Below, piece by piece: positions 54,676-63,539 of a stretch of 64,000 nt of DNA (its first letter is position 1; each line of letters begins with the position of its first letter). The notes beneath the pieces were generated by a model. That model had not been told where the DNA came from and searched no databases. It saw only the letters and a program-made list of their open reading frames with translations. The position numbers were made by a program, and so were the translations under genes. Source of the DNA: a virus; IMG/VR virus record IMGVR_UViG_3300027759_000050, positions 1-64,000 of that record. The stretch is one strand, 5' to 3'.

Positions 54676-55296
54676 ATGGCATCTAAATTAACATCACTGG
54701 CAGAACAAAAGACAACGGCAGGTTACAAAACCATGTCGAGGGATTCTATTGCTTGGTTGCAAGAGAAGATTGCTGAGATAAAAAGACCAGACAGAATACC
54801 TGCGGCAATCAATGCTGAAACCTTTAGAAGAAGGTCTACATTTAGTTTGGGAATGATGTATTGTTTCTTTTATGATCCTAAAACAAAAGCAGATTTACCT
54901 TACTGGGATAAGTTTCCTGTCATTTTGGTGTTGGAGAAGTATAACGATGGTTTTCTAGGAATAAATTTACATTATTTGCCAGTAAAAATGAGAATGGCAT
55001 TTATGTCCAAGTTGATGAAATTTGCACAGTTGACACCAGAAGATGACATAAAGCGTATGCGTGTGTCCTACGAAATCCTAAACTCTGCCAAGAGGTACGC
55101 TGAGTTCAGACCTATGTTGAAAAGATACTTATTCTCCCAAGTCAGGTCAAAGATGTTAATGATACAACCAAATGAATGGGATGTGGCAGCAATGTTGCCT
55201 ATACAACAATTCAAGGGTGCTAGAACATCCACTGTATGGAAAGATTCCATGCAACACCATAAAGACCATATGGCTCACTTTAACCAGGAAGAATAA
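54676..55296 (+). CDS. gp2: DNA end protector protein
   Basis: G.MY.F.YDPK.K..LPYWD.FP, GFLGINLHYLP, KRYL...V.S, EW..A..LP..QF. Confidence 0.93.
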   Translation: MASKLTSLAEQKTTAGYKTMSRDSIAWLQEKIAEIKRPDRIPAAINAETFRRRSTFSLGMMYCFFYDPKTKADLPYWDKFPVILVLEKYNDGFLGINLHYLPVKMRMAFMSKLMKFAQLTPEDDIKRMRVSYEILNSAKRYAEFRPMLKRYLFSQVRSKMLMIQPNEWDVAAMLPIQQFKGARTSTVWKDSMQHHKDHMAHFNQEE

Positions 55297-55298
55297 AA

Positions 55299-56000
55299 AT
55301 GCCAAGCATTACCCAATTTAGAAATTCATTTACTTCCGATATTGCTAGACCAAAACTCTTTGATGTTACCTTGACACCACCAACTGGTTTGCAGGATTAC
55401 ATTAAGACAGCAAGAAATCTTACATTCAGGTGTGAGTCTACGCAATTTCCTAGTAGGACTTTTGCAACAACTGAACAAAAGTTTGGTTCCAACCCAACAG
55501 AAAAACACGCATATCACACAACTTACAATGATATTGAAATGAGTTTTATTGTTTCAGAAGATATGTCTGAGAAGAAATTCTTTGATGCATGGATGAACTT
55601 AATCAATCCAACTGCATCTTTTGATTTCAACTATAGAGATGATTACATAACCGACTTCTATGTTTTCCAATATGATGGAACACAAACAGTAAGAACCTAT
55701 TCTATTGCATTACTTGATGCTTTTCCAATTTCCGTAAATCAATTGGACTTAGATTGGTCTAATGATAATTTCCACAAACTGTCTGTTACTTTTGCATACA
55801 GATATTGGAAAAATATAGGTGCTGAAGACCAAGCTAAAGAAACTTTTGTGGTTGCAGATAATATAAGTTCAACGGATCAAACTACTTATAGTGAAGACGG
55901 CCCGAATAGTGTACAAGACCGTAAAAACCAACCGAATTATCAATATGTTTTACAACAAGAAAGAGAAGCGGAAGCAGAACAACGCGGTGCTGACCTTTGA
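55299..56000 (+). CDS. gp54: Baseplate tail-tube initiator (gp54/gp19-like)
   Basis: AR...F.V, RCE....P, FF..WM..I, I.L..AFP.....L.L.W......KL.V.FAY..W. Confidence 0.8.
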   Translation: MPSITQFRNSFTSDIARPKLFDVTLTPPTGLQDYIKTARNLTFRCESTQFPSRTFATTEQKFGSNPTEKHAYHTTYNDIEMSFIVSEDMSEKKFFDAWMNLINPTASFDFNYRDDYITDFYVFQYDGTQTVRTYSIALLDAFPISVNQLDLDWSNDNFHKLSVTFAYRYWKNIGAEDQAKETFVVADNISSTDQTTYSEDGPNSVQDRKNQPNYQYVLQQEREAEAEQRGADL

Positions 56001-56040
56001 ATCAGCAGTACCATAATCATTAATTATTAGGAGTTTTATA

Positions 56041-56769
56041 ATGGCATTACCAAAAATTGATTCACCAGTGTATGAATTGACTTTACCTATGAGCAAGAAA
56101 CAGGTGCGCTTCCGTCCTTTCTTAGTGAAAGAACAGAGAAACTTGATGATGGCGATGGAATCAGACAGTAAAGAAACAATTGAAAAAAATATCAAACAAG
56201 TTCTCCATAATTGTACCTTGACAGAGAATATTGACATTGATGAATTGCCCATCATTGATATTGAATACTATTTCATCCAGTTGAGAGCAAGGTCTGTGGG
56301 TGAGGTTGTTGACAACAAGTACCGTTGTGAGAATCTTGTAAATGAAGATCCGTGTGGTAATTTGATGGAAGTTAAGATAAACCTACTGGACATTCAGATT
56401 ACAGACTCTGGTATTGACAAATCTGAAATTCAAATTACCGATAAGATTGCGATTAAGTTATCTTATCCTAAGTTTTCTGCACTTAATACAGTAAAAAATA
56501 CTGAAAGTGCATCTGATATGGCCTTTGAAATGATTTTGAATAGTGTCGAGCACATCTTTGACGGTGAACAATTCTATTATGCAAAAGAAACAAGCAGGGA
56601 AGAACTGGTCGACTTCATTGAATCCTTGAACCAGGACCAGTTCTCAAGAATAGAAGACTTTTTCGATAACCTTCCTACATTAAATAAGAAGGTTGAAGTA
56701 GATTGTAAGAAGTGTGGCTTTCACCACAGTATTGAAGTGGAGGGCCTCGAAAATTTTTTCGGGTCGTGA
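56041..56769 (+). CDS. gp26: Baseplate hub assembly protein
   Basis: MALPKI..P.YEL.LP, FRPFLVKE...L..A.E, DIEY.F.QLRARSVGE, C..CG......EGL..FF. Confidence 0.93.
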   Translation: MALPKIDSPVYELTLPMSKKQVRFRPFLVKEQRNLMMAMESDSKETIEKNIKQVLHNCTLTENIDIDELPIIDIEYYFIQLRARSVGEVVDNKYRCENLVNEDPCGNLMEVKINLLDIQITDSGIDKSEIQITDKIAIKLSYPKFSALNTVKNTESASDMAFEMILNSVEHIFDGEQFYYAKETSREELVDFIESLNQDQFSRIEDFFDNLPTLNKKVEVDCKKCGFHHSIEVEGLENFFGS

Positions 56770-56957
56770 TGCGGCATGATAACCTAAGAAATTATTATAC
56801 CACTAATTTTGCATTGATGCAGCATCACAAGTACAGTTTGACGGAACTTGAATCGATGTTACCTTGGGAAAGGGACATTTATATTACTTTGTTAACCCAG
56901 TTTATTGAAGAAGAAAATGAGAAAATAAAACAACGGAACGCAGCAAGTAAAAAATGA
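56766..56957 (+). CDS. gp51: Baseplate hub assembly catalyst
   Basis: L.NYY.TNFALMQHHKYSLTELE.M.PWERDIY..LL...I.EEN. Confidence 0.93.
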   Translation: MMRHDNLRNYYTTNFALMQHHKYSLTELESMLPWERDIYITLLTQFIEEENEKIKQRNAASKK

Positions 56958-59446
56958 AAAAAGAAGTATTCGACAAGATGCTCAACTCTGGTGAGTTTGA
57001 GCAAATGTTCAACGAAAACAAAATCAACGACCTGTTGAATGACGGGAGTTTGTCTAAAGAACAGATAGACAAACTCGTCGACCTTGGTAAGAGAATGTCT
57101 AAGGATGAAATACTCAGAAGACAAAGAGACTTGGCTAAACAACCAGGTTACAAAGAGCATGTACTTACTCCGTTGATTAAAAAGATTATTGCACAACAAG
57201 GCCGCGCTCGTGACCCAATAACTGGCAAATACATCAAACAAGAAGTAACGAATCAACAAAAAACTGAAGAACAACCACAGGGTCAACCGCAAGCTGATAC
57301 ACCTAATGCAGAAAAAACAGCTGAAAAAGCTGGCCAGATGGGTCAAAAATTCAAGCCAAAGAGAATGAAAAATATGTTCTCTGGTTCCCGTGGTGCAACC
57401 GCAAAGCCAGCAACATCTAAGGTCAACACAGAGTTATATTCTAAGATAGGTCAGGTTCAAAATCCAAGACTTCTCAAAGGTGACAATGCAGCTACTGTTG
57501 CATCTAAATTATATTCCATAATGAAAAATGACATTAATGAATATAATGTCAGAAGCAAACTAGAAAGAAAGAGGGACAATCAGTACCTCGACAATGAAAG
57601 AATAAGACATAATCAGATAATAGCTGCACTTAATAAAGCTGGTGGTGGACCAGGTGGGCCTTCAACAACTACAGCTAAAACCGGTATGGGCATGGGTACC
57701 AAATTGGCTGTTGGTGCAGGTCTTCTTGGTGCTGCAGGCTTAGCAGCTGCAGGCCAAAAACCAACACCTGAAGTTTTACCATCTGAACCAAAAATTGAAC
57801 CAGTTGTACCTAAAGTTGAAACTCCTCCAGCAACACCAGTACAACCAACGGTCAATGTAGAAGCGGAGACTCGCAAAAAACAATTAGAAGCGGAAAGAGA
57901 AACTGCAGCTCAACAAGAAAAACAAAAGCGTGAACAAGAAAGTCAAGCAAGACAAGCTGAACAAGATAGAAAAGCTGCTGAACAAAAACAAGCAGCTGAA
58001 GATAAAGCAGCTAAAATTGAAGCGGACAAGAAAGCTGCAGCTCAACAAAAAGCTGCAGCGGATGAAGAAGCTCGTAAACAAAAAGAACAACAAGAAGAAG
58101 ATAAGAGAAAAGCTGCTGAAGCAAAGGCTAAAACCGAAAGAGAAGAAAAAGAAAGAAAAGCTTTAGCTGATGAGGAGAAAAGAAAGAAAGACGAAGCTGA
58201 AAGAATCGCTAAAGCTGAGGCAGATAACGAAAGGAGAGAAGCTGAAAGACTTCGTAGAGAGGAAGAAAAAACAGCAAGAGAAGAAGCTGCACGAATTAAA
58301 AAAGAAAGAGAAGATGCGGAAAAGGAAGCTGATGCTCAAAGGAAAGAAACTGCATTACAGAGAAAAAAACAAGCTGAGGCTATAGCTGCCGAAATAGAAA
58401 GACAAAGAGCTCAGAAAGAAGATTATCAACAACCAAGAAACGGTCCAAGAGAATTACCTTTTGATGAATCTATTGGTCGCAGGTATCCTACACCTATTGT
58501 ACGACCAACACCAGCACCACCTGTTGTTACTCCAGTTCCAAGACCAAATCCGCCACGCACTTTAACACCGGTTGAAGAACCTGAACCGGCACCACCTGTT
58601 GTTACCCCAGTTCCAAGACCAGCACCACCGCGCGCATCAGTAACTCGCGTGCCGGGAAGAGGTTTGTCCTTAACGAATGCTATGAAAAAGACTTTTAAGA
58701 ATGAACAAAGAGTGACCACACTTGAAGAAGCGTTAGATGCTGCGGGTAACATAACAGAAGATGTAACTGGTATTTACAATTATGGTGTTTTTGGTTTAAT
58801 TAATAAAAAAAATGAACAAGGAATTTCCAATATTGGAGAATTTGTTAAAAAGAATCCACAACTTAATCTTCCCGATCCTGATAAAGATTCTAAAAAATTT
58901 AACACAGAATGGAAAAAATTGGGAAAAGAAAATCCTGAAAAATTACTTGAAGCTCAATTAAATCGATTCAATGAAGTTTATGTTTCCGCAGCAGTAGGAA
59001 TATTAAAACAATCAAATCTACCTAAAAATATAATTGACGATCCATTGGTACAAGATTACTTAACCGACCAAGTTGTTGTTGGCCAAGCAGGATTAAAAGA
59101 AGCTCTTAAATATATTGAAAAACAAAACGTGAAAACACCTGGAGAATTTGCACTAGCATTAACTGACTGGAATTTAGTTAATACTAATAAAATATTTCCA
59201 TCAGTATATAAAAGTGAGAGTCAACGAAAAAAATGGGAAGCAGGTATCAAAAAGAGAATTACAAACAGATTGGAACAAAATTTCCCAGATATTAATTATA
59301 ATAGAACGGAAATGGAAAAATTGAAAAGAAAAGGGCCTATAGTCATAATCAATAACGGAACAACCGTAGTAGGTTCAACGAATCGTTCCGGACTATCAAT
59401 ACCAACTAGTCCAGATAATAGTGCTTACTATCCTTACGCAGCATAA
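56954..59446 (+). CDS. Hub/tape-measure-like protein with long charged helix and C-terminal VgrG3-like muramidase domain
   Basis: Follows gp51 (gp29-type position); Ala/Gly hydrophobic stretch, Pro-rich linkers, ~190-aa E/K/R/A helix; C-terminal KNE...D..G.YNYG...FN.EWKKL..E.P.....AQ...F...Y. Confidence 0.6.
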   Translation: MKKEVFDKMLNSGEFEQMFNENKINDLLNDGSLSKEQIDKLVDLGKRMSKDEILRRQRDLAKQPGYKEHVLTPLIKKIIAQQGRARDPITGKYIKQEVTNQQKTEEQPQGQPQADTPNAEKTAEKAGQMGQKFKPKRMKNMFSGSRGATAKPATSKVNTELYSKIGQVQNPRLLKGDNAATVASKLYSIMKNDINEYNVRSKLERKRDNQYLDNERIRHNQIIAALNKAGGGPGGPSTTTAKTGMGMGTKLAVGAGLLGAAGLAAAGQKPTPEVLPSEPKIEPVVPKVETPPATPVQPTVNVEAETRKKQLEAERETAAQQEKQKREQESQARQAEQDRKAAEQKQAAEDKAAKIEADKKAAAQQKAAADEEARKQKEQQEEDKRKAAEAKAKTEREEKERKALADEEKRKKDEAERIAKAEADNERREAERLRREEEKTAREEAARIKKEREDAEKEADAQRKETALQRKKQAEAIAAEIERQRAQKEDYQQPRNGPRELPFDESIGRRYPTPIVRPTPAPPVVTPVPRPNPPRTLTPVEEPEPAPPVVTPVPRPAPPRASVTRVPGRGLSLTNAMKKTFKNEQRVTTLEEALDAAGNITEDVTGIYNYGVFGLINKKNEQGISNIGEFVKKNPQLNLPDPDKDSKKFNTEWKKLGKENPEKLLEAQLNRFNEVYVSAAVGILKQSNLPKNIIDDPLVQDYLTDQVVVGQAGLKEALKYIEKQNVKTPGEFALALTDWNLVNTNKIFPSVYKSESQRKKWEAGIKKRITNRLEQNFPDINYNRTEMEKLKRKGPIVIINNGTTVVGSTNRSGLSIPTSPDNSAYYPYAA
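58511..58621 (+). repeat. 36-bp direct repeat encoding PAPPVVTPVPRP
   Basis: CC(A/G)GCACCACCTGTTGTTAC(T/C)CCAGTTCCAAGACCA at 58511 and 58586. Confidence 0.85.
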
Positions 59447-59464
59447 CCATAAAAGAGAAAAGAA

Positions 59465-61003
59465 ATGTCATATCAAAGATCCAGAGGAATAAGAACAACA
59501 AGTCTCAAAGACCTTATCTTAGACAGAACAGTGCAGGGACGTGGTTTAGGTACGTCCATTGTTAGTTCCATCAAGGATAAGACCATCGCTAATGTGAAAG
59601 GTGTAACCGAAAAGTTTGACCCACTAAACATTGCCACAGCTTTTGGTGGTTCTTTGGGTGGTTATGCATTTGGTAAACTCACAGGAAGAAGCAAAGAAGA
59701 CATTTCATATTTCACTGGCAGAGGTGGCCGTGGTTCTTTTATGGATTCCAGAAAGAATAAAAATCCATTAGTTTCAAAAGTTGGTGCAGGTGAAAATAGA
59801 CCAACCAAAAAAGGGGAAGGCCTTGCTGATATAATGGCGAGAATATTCAACCTAATTAAAAAGAACTCGGAACAGGTCAAGAAAAGACAAGAGATAACTG
59901 CAAACTTTGAAGAAGAAAAAGAAGATGAAAGAGCTCTAAGGCATAAAGAGTTACTTGAAGCCATTTCAAATATAGGCGGTGGAACTGCAACACAAGTTGG
60001 ACCCGTAAAAGAAGAAAAAGGCATTTTCAGTAAATTGCTTGGCATGATGAAGAACATGATTGAAAAAGCATTTAAAGCAATCAAACCAATACTAGACTTT
60101 GTTAAAAGTATAATGAAAGCATTAGGTGGTAAAGCAATTCAATTTTTGAAATTTTTAGCTGCATTTGGTGGTGAAGCCGCTTTAGCCTTTTTATTACCTG
60201 CAACCGCAATCATAGCTTTAAAGTTATTAGGTGACCAACAAAAAGAAGATATAAGAAAAAATCCTAATGACCCACGTTGGAAAGATACTCCTTATGCTCG
60301 CACGGTTAGAAAAGAATTTGAAGACTTAGATGCTGCAAGAGCTTTTAATGAAGCTAGAACACTTAAAGTTAAGAATAGAGCGGCTGTTCAGCTAGCTGTT
60401 GATTCTCAAATGACCGATAAACAACTCATGTCGGATCAAAATTTTGGAGCTTCAAGAGAAACTTTAAAGAAATGGTTAAAAGAACATCCTGAAGAAACAG
60501 CAAGATGGCAGGCTCCTGTTAAATATCCTGGCACCGATGTGGTTGTTATGCCTGCTTCGGATTATAAAGAGGCGAAAATTGTAACACCTGATGTATTTAA
60601 AACACCTAATCAATTGGAAATGTATCCGCCGGGTGGATCAAAGAAAACCTATACACGAAATCAGGAATCCACTGTAGGTGAATCTGAAGGTTCACCTATA
60701 GGTGAATCAGTAAGTATTCCACAAAATGAAGACCGTAGTATGTCATCCGTGTCTTCTATAGGTGCAACACAAATGGCCGCAGCACCAAGTCCTGTTACAT
60801 CAAGATATTCAGCATCACAGAGGTCTAATTTTGATTTGAATCTAACATCTGCATCTTCTCCTGAACCTATCATTATTGATAATTCGAAAGTTGTATCTGC
60901 TGGTAGTTCAGGTGGTGTTGACATTATCAAGTCCGCTTCAGTGCGAACAGATAGTCCTACACTAAAAGGCATACAGAAACAAAGCCTTAGGTCGTTTGCA
61001 TAA
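59465..61003 (+). CDS. Second hub/tape-measure-like (gp29-like) protein, partial paralog of the upstream gene
   Basis: Shares SK.G...N....KG...A.....I....K...ER..RH.....A(I/L) and C-terminal PI.I.N...V.. with 56954-59446; contains a hydrophobic segment. Confidence 0.55.
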   Translation: MSYQRSRGIRTTSLKDLILDRTVQGRGLGTSIVSSIKDKTIANVKGVTEKFDPLNIATAFGGSLGGYAFGKLTGRSKEDISYFTGRGGRGSFMDSRKNKNPLVSKVGAGENRPTKKGEGLADIMARIFNLIKKNSEQVKKRQEITANFEEEKEDERALRHKELLEAISNIGGGTATQVGPVKEEKGIFSKLLGMMKNMIEKAFKAIKPILDFVKSIMKALGGKAIQFLKFLAAFGGEAALAFLLPATAIIALKLLGDQQKEDIRKNPNDPRWKDTPYARTVRKEFEDLDAARAFNEARTLKVKNRAAVQLAVDSQMTDKQLMSDQNFGASRETLKKWLKEHPEETARWQAPVKYPGTDVVVMPASDYKEAKIVTPDVFKTPNQLEMYPPGGSKKTYTRNQESTVGESEGSPIGESVSIPQNEDRSMSSVSSIGATQMAAAPSPVTSRYSASQRSNFDLNLTSASSPEPIIIDNSKVVSAGSSGGVDIIKSASVRTDSPTLKGIQKQSLRSFA

Positions 61004-61004
61004 T

Positions 61005-61031
61005 AAAAAACCCCGCACTAGGCGGGGTATT
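61005..61031 (-). terminator. Rho-independent terminator between convergent genes (U-tail on the gp32 strand)
   Basis: Plus strand AAAAAA-CCCCGC-ACTAG-GCGGGG-TATT. Confidence 0.85.
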
Positions 61032-61053
61032 AACTTCCATGAAAGAAAAGAGT

Positions 61054-61944
61054 TTAATCTTCTTCAGCCAACTTTGAGAAGTAGGCCATATCACTATCAT
61101 CATCACTAATTGACAATTCAGGTTCAACATTCTTAGGCTTAAATGCCTCAGGTGTTGCCTTCATTTGTTCAACAGTAGTCTTAGGTTTAATAGTTTCACC
61201 ATTCAAACCAAGAACACGATTTAGGCGAGTCGATAGTTCATCATAAGTTTTGAATTCCTTATCAGCAGTCATCTCTTTCAAAGAGTGTTCTGATTTCCAG
61301 ATTTTCTCAAGCTTTGCATCATCTGTAGACAATGGTGCAGGAGATTCAAATTCAGACTTGTCATAGTTTTGGTAACCCTCAACTTTACGAATCTTCAATT
61401 TGAAGTTAGCGCCGCCCCATAGGTCGAACGGATTGATTGCTTGTTCATCAGCAAACTGTGGGTTCATTGCTTCAGTAATCTTATCAAAGATTTTCTTACC
61501 GAAACGGAACAATTTGATTTGTCCTTCGTTCTCAGGATGTTTTGGATCCGAAACGATATAGACATTTGCAATATAGTTTAGTTTACGCTTTTGTTTGCGT
61601 ACAATTTCTTTGTTGGCTTCAATACCAGAATTCCACAATGAAGAATTGTGTTCACACACAGGACATTGTTGGTTTTTGGTTGTCAAGCAGTTGTCAATAA
61701 GCCAACCACCTGGACCTTGAAAGCCATGAGAGAACATTTTGACCCACGGAAGTGCGTCATCCCCATCTACAGCCGGAGCTGGAAGAAAACGGATAGTAGC
61801 CATGCCGTTACCAGCCTTGTCTACTTCAGGTTTCCAATAATTGTCTGATTTGTCAGAACCCTCGGATGTGTTCAAAGCTTCGATAGCTTTAGAGAGTTTG
61901 TCAAGATTGCCCGAAGAGCGTTTAAGATTTGCGAAATCTACCAT
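61054..61944 (-). CDS. gp32: Single-stranded DNA-binding protein
   Basis: WKP..DKAGNG.A.IRFLPA, H.FQGPGGW.I.NC.TT....CPVCE.N, RKQKRKL.Y..N...V.DP..PENEG, NPFD.W.GANFKLK, YF.KLAEED. Confidence 0.97.
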   Translation of the reverse strand: MVDFANLKRSSGNLDKLSKAIEALNTSEGSDKSDNYWKPEVDKAGNGMATIRFLPAPAVDGDDALPWVKMFSHGFQGPGGWLIDNCLTTKNQQCPVCEHNSSLWNSGIEANKEIVRKQKRKLNYIANVYIVSDPKHPENEGQIKLFRFGKKIFDKITEAMNPQFADEQAINPFDLWGGANFKLKIRKVEGYQNYDKSEFESPAPLSTDDAKLEKIWKSEHSLKEMTADKEFKTYDELSTRLNRVLGLNGETIKPKTTVEQMKATPEAFKPKNVEPELSISDDDSDMAYFSKLAEED

Positions 61945-62013
61945 GATTTTTCCTTTATATAACGGAGTGTAAAAATTTAAAACGGATTATCCACTTTATA
62001 CATAATATAAGTG

Positions 62014-62021
62014 TATTTAGT
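62014..62021 (-). promoter_or_regulatory. Late promoter box (ACTAAATA) upstream of gp32
   Basis: Overlaps the stop of the upstream gene; ~65-nt AU-rich leader with AAGGA RBS. Confidence 0.55.
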
Positions 62022-62508
62022 CGCTCAATAAAGCGTCTAATGAAGCAATAGTAGATGCAGCATCCGTGTGAAGGATTGCTGTACCGCCTGCTTCAACCCA
62101 GTCATTGATAACAGATTGTGTGTCATCAATGATAATGGATTCTGGTGTTGCAAAGGTGTACTTCAGGCTTTTACCTGGTACAAAATTGCGCGGATAGTTG
62201 ATACCATGTGAAATCAACCATACTCTTTTCTGGTCTGAAATATCTGCATGTGCTTCCTGTCTTGCTGTAGAAGAAAGAATCTCTACAGGAAGCTTCAATG
62301 TGTTCAAGTGATCCAATAACATCCTTGCATCAGGCATTATATCAAGGCTTGCAAATTGTTTTGTTGCAATAAAAGTGTTAAAGAAACCACCAAAATTACG
62401 ATTCCTGTCAGCTTGTTGTGGTGTGATATGGAACAACTCTTTGTATCGTTTGGCAAAGTCAGCAATCACGCCGTCTAAATCCAAATAGATTTTTGTATAC
62501 TTACTCAT
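62017..62508 (-). CDS. HAD-superfamily 5'(3')-deoxyribonucleotidase-like protein
   Basis: IYLDLDGVIADF (motif I), ILSS, K..W, IIIDD...I..W..AGG..I.H. Confidence 0.85.
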   Translation of the reverse strand: MSKYTKIYLDLDGVIADFAKRYKELFHITPQQADRNRNFGGFFNTFIATKQFASLDIMPDARMLLDHLNTLKLPVEILSSTARQEAHADISDQKRVWLISHGINYPRNFVPGKSLKYTFATPESIIIDDTQSVINDWVEAGGTAILHTDAASTIASLDALLSD

Positions 62509-63106
62509 TTGTAATTGCCTCTTTTAAAATATTCTTAAACTTAACTTTATCGTATGTAATAAATGGTGCATACTTTTCACACTTCAATTTGTAGGATGGC
62601 CAAATAATGTCATCACTAATCTTTTTATCCCACATGGAAAAGAAGTTCATCATATCATTCAGTATCACCAATGTTTCAATCGAAATTGAATTCTGCATTG
62701 CACCAACTAGTAGGTCAGGATACTCACCAGACCTTACTTTCATCAATTCATCAGGACTATTTACCTGTTCTAAGATGCGTACTATATCAGATTCAAAATT
62801 ATATGTCAAGCTCTGAGAAATCTTTTGCCACTTTTTATATACATCTTCACCACTTGGTCCAGTCATTTCACCAACCCAAGTTGAGTCACCGTATACAAAA
62901 TTGGCCACATAGAAGTTCCTGAGTTCATCCAACGAATATTTCCGTGATAACTTGTAGAAGCTATATTTATCTTTACGCTTCAGAAAGGTATCTTTGCTTA
63001 CATTGGTCTTCCCATGGTACTTAAAGTAATCATAGGAAGACGAGGTGAAATGTAACTTCAAAGCATTATATAACGCAAAGGCCGCAAAGCCTGTACCTTC
63101 ATTCAT
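62501..63106 (-). CDS. gp59: Helicase loader
   Basis: Y.ALKLHFT...YDYFKY.GK......F.KRKD.Y.F.KL, Y..W.K...SL.Y.F..D, IS.ET, KY.PF; T4 33-59-32 synteny. Confidence 0.92.
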   Translation of the reverse strand: MNEGTGFAAFALYNALKLHFTSSSYDYFKYHGKTNVSKDTFLKRKDKYSFYKLSRKYSLDELRNFYVANFVYGDSTWVGEMTGPSGEDVYKKWQKISQSLTYNFESDIVRILEQVNSPDELMKVRSGEYPDLLVGAMQNSISIETLVILNDMMNFFSMWDKKISDDIIWPSYKLKCEKYAPFITYDKVKFKNILKEAITNE

Positions 63107-63324
63107 AGTGGTAGCTTTGCGGCCTTTTTGATTAGATTAACTGATTGTGCTTCTTCACGGATACGAGCCTTGAGAAATGCAGAAACCAATGTTGCTGCAA
63201 TCTCTACCTCGATGCCTGTTTCACTACAATATTGGATAATGACATCCATACAAGGTTGTCCTTGTTCATCAGCCATCTCCAATATTTTAGTGGAGAAATC
63301 GGATATTTCTTCCCTAGTAGCCAT
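63103..63324 (-). CDS. gp33: Late transcription co-activator
   Basis: MD.II.YC....IE.E..A.L....LK..I..EA...NL; upstream of gp59. Confidence 0.88.
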   Translation of the reverse strand: MATREEISDFSTKILEMADEQGQPCMDVIIQYCSETGIEVEIAATLVSAFLKARIREEAQSVNLIKKAAKLPL

Positions 63325-63539
63325 TAGCGTTTACCTAGAGAATAAGCTATGCAAGTTGAAGTGGGAGTTTTTTCATAGGAACATTTAATCGAAAGTGGAT
63401 CAACACCTTTTGAGATTGCTGATTCCATGTTCTTTGCAAAGTTATTTTGTTCGTTTAGGTTACCGATGGTCGCACTTGCAATAATAGAACCAAACAATAT
63501 TGTTAAACAAACGACGGCTGTCATAATATCTTTATTCAT
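63324..63539 (-). CDS. Small membrane-anchored hypothetical protein
   Basis: Likely start ATG 63539 (AGGAG RBS); N-terminal hydrophobic helix; AI.KGVDPL..KC.Y...C. Confidence 0.65.
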   Translation of the reverse strand: MNKDIMTAVVCLTILFGSIIASATIGNLNEQNNFAKNMESAISKGVDPLSIKCSYEKTPTSTCIAYSLGKR

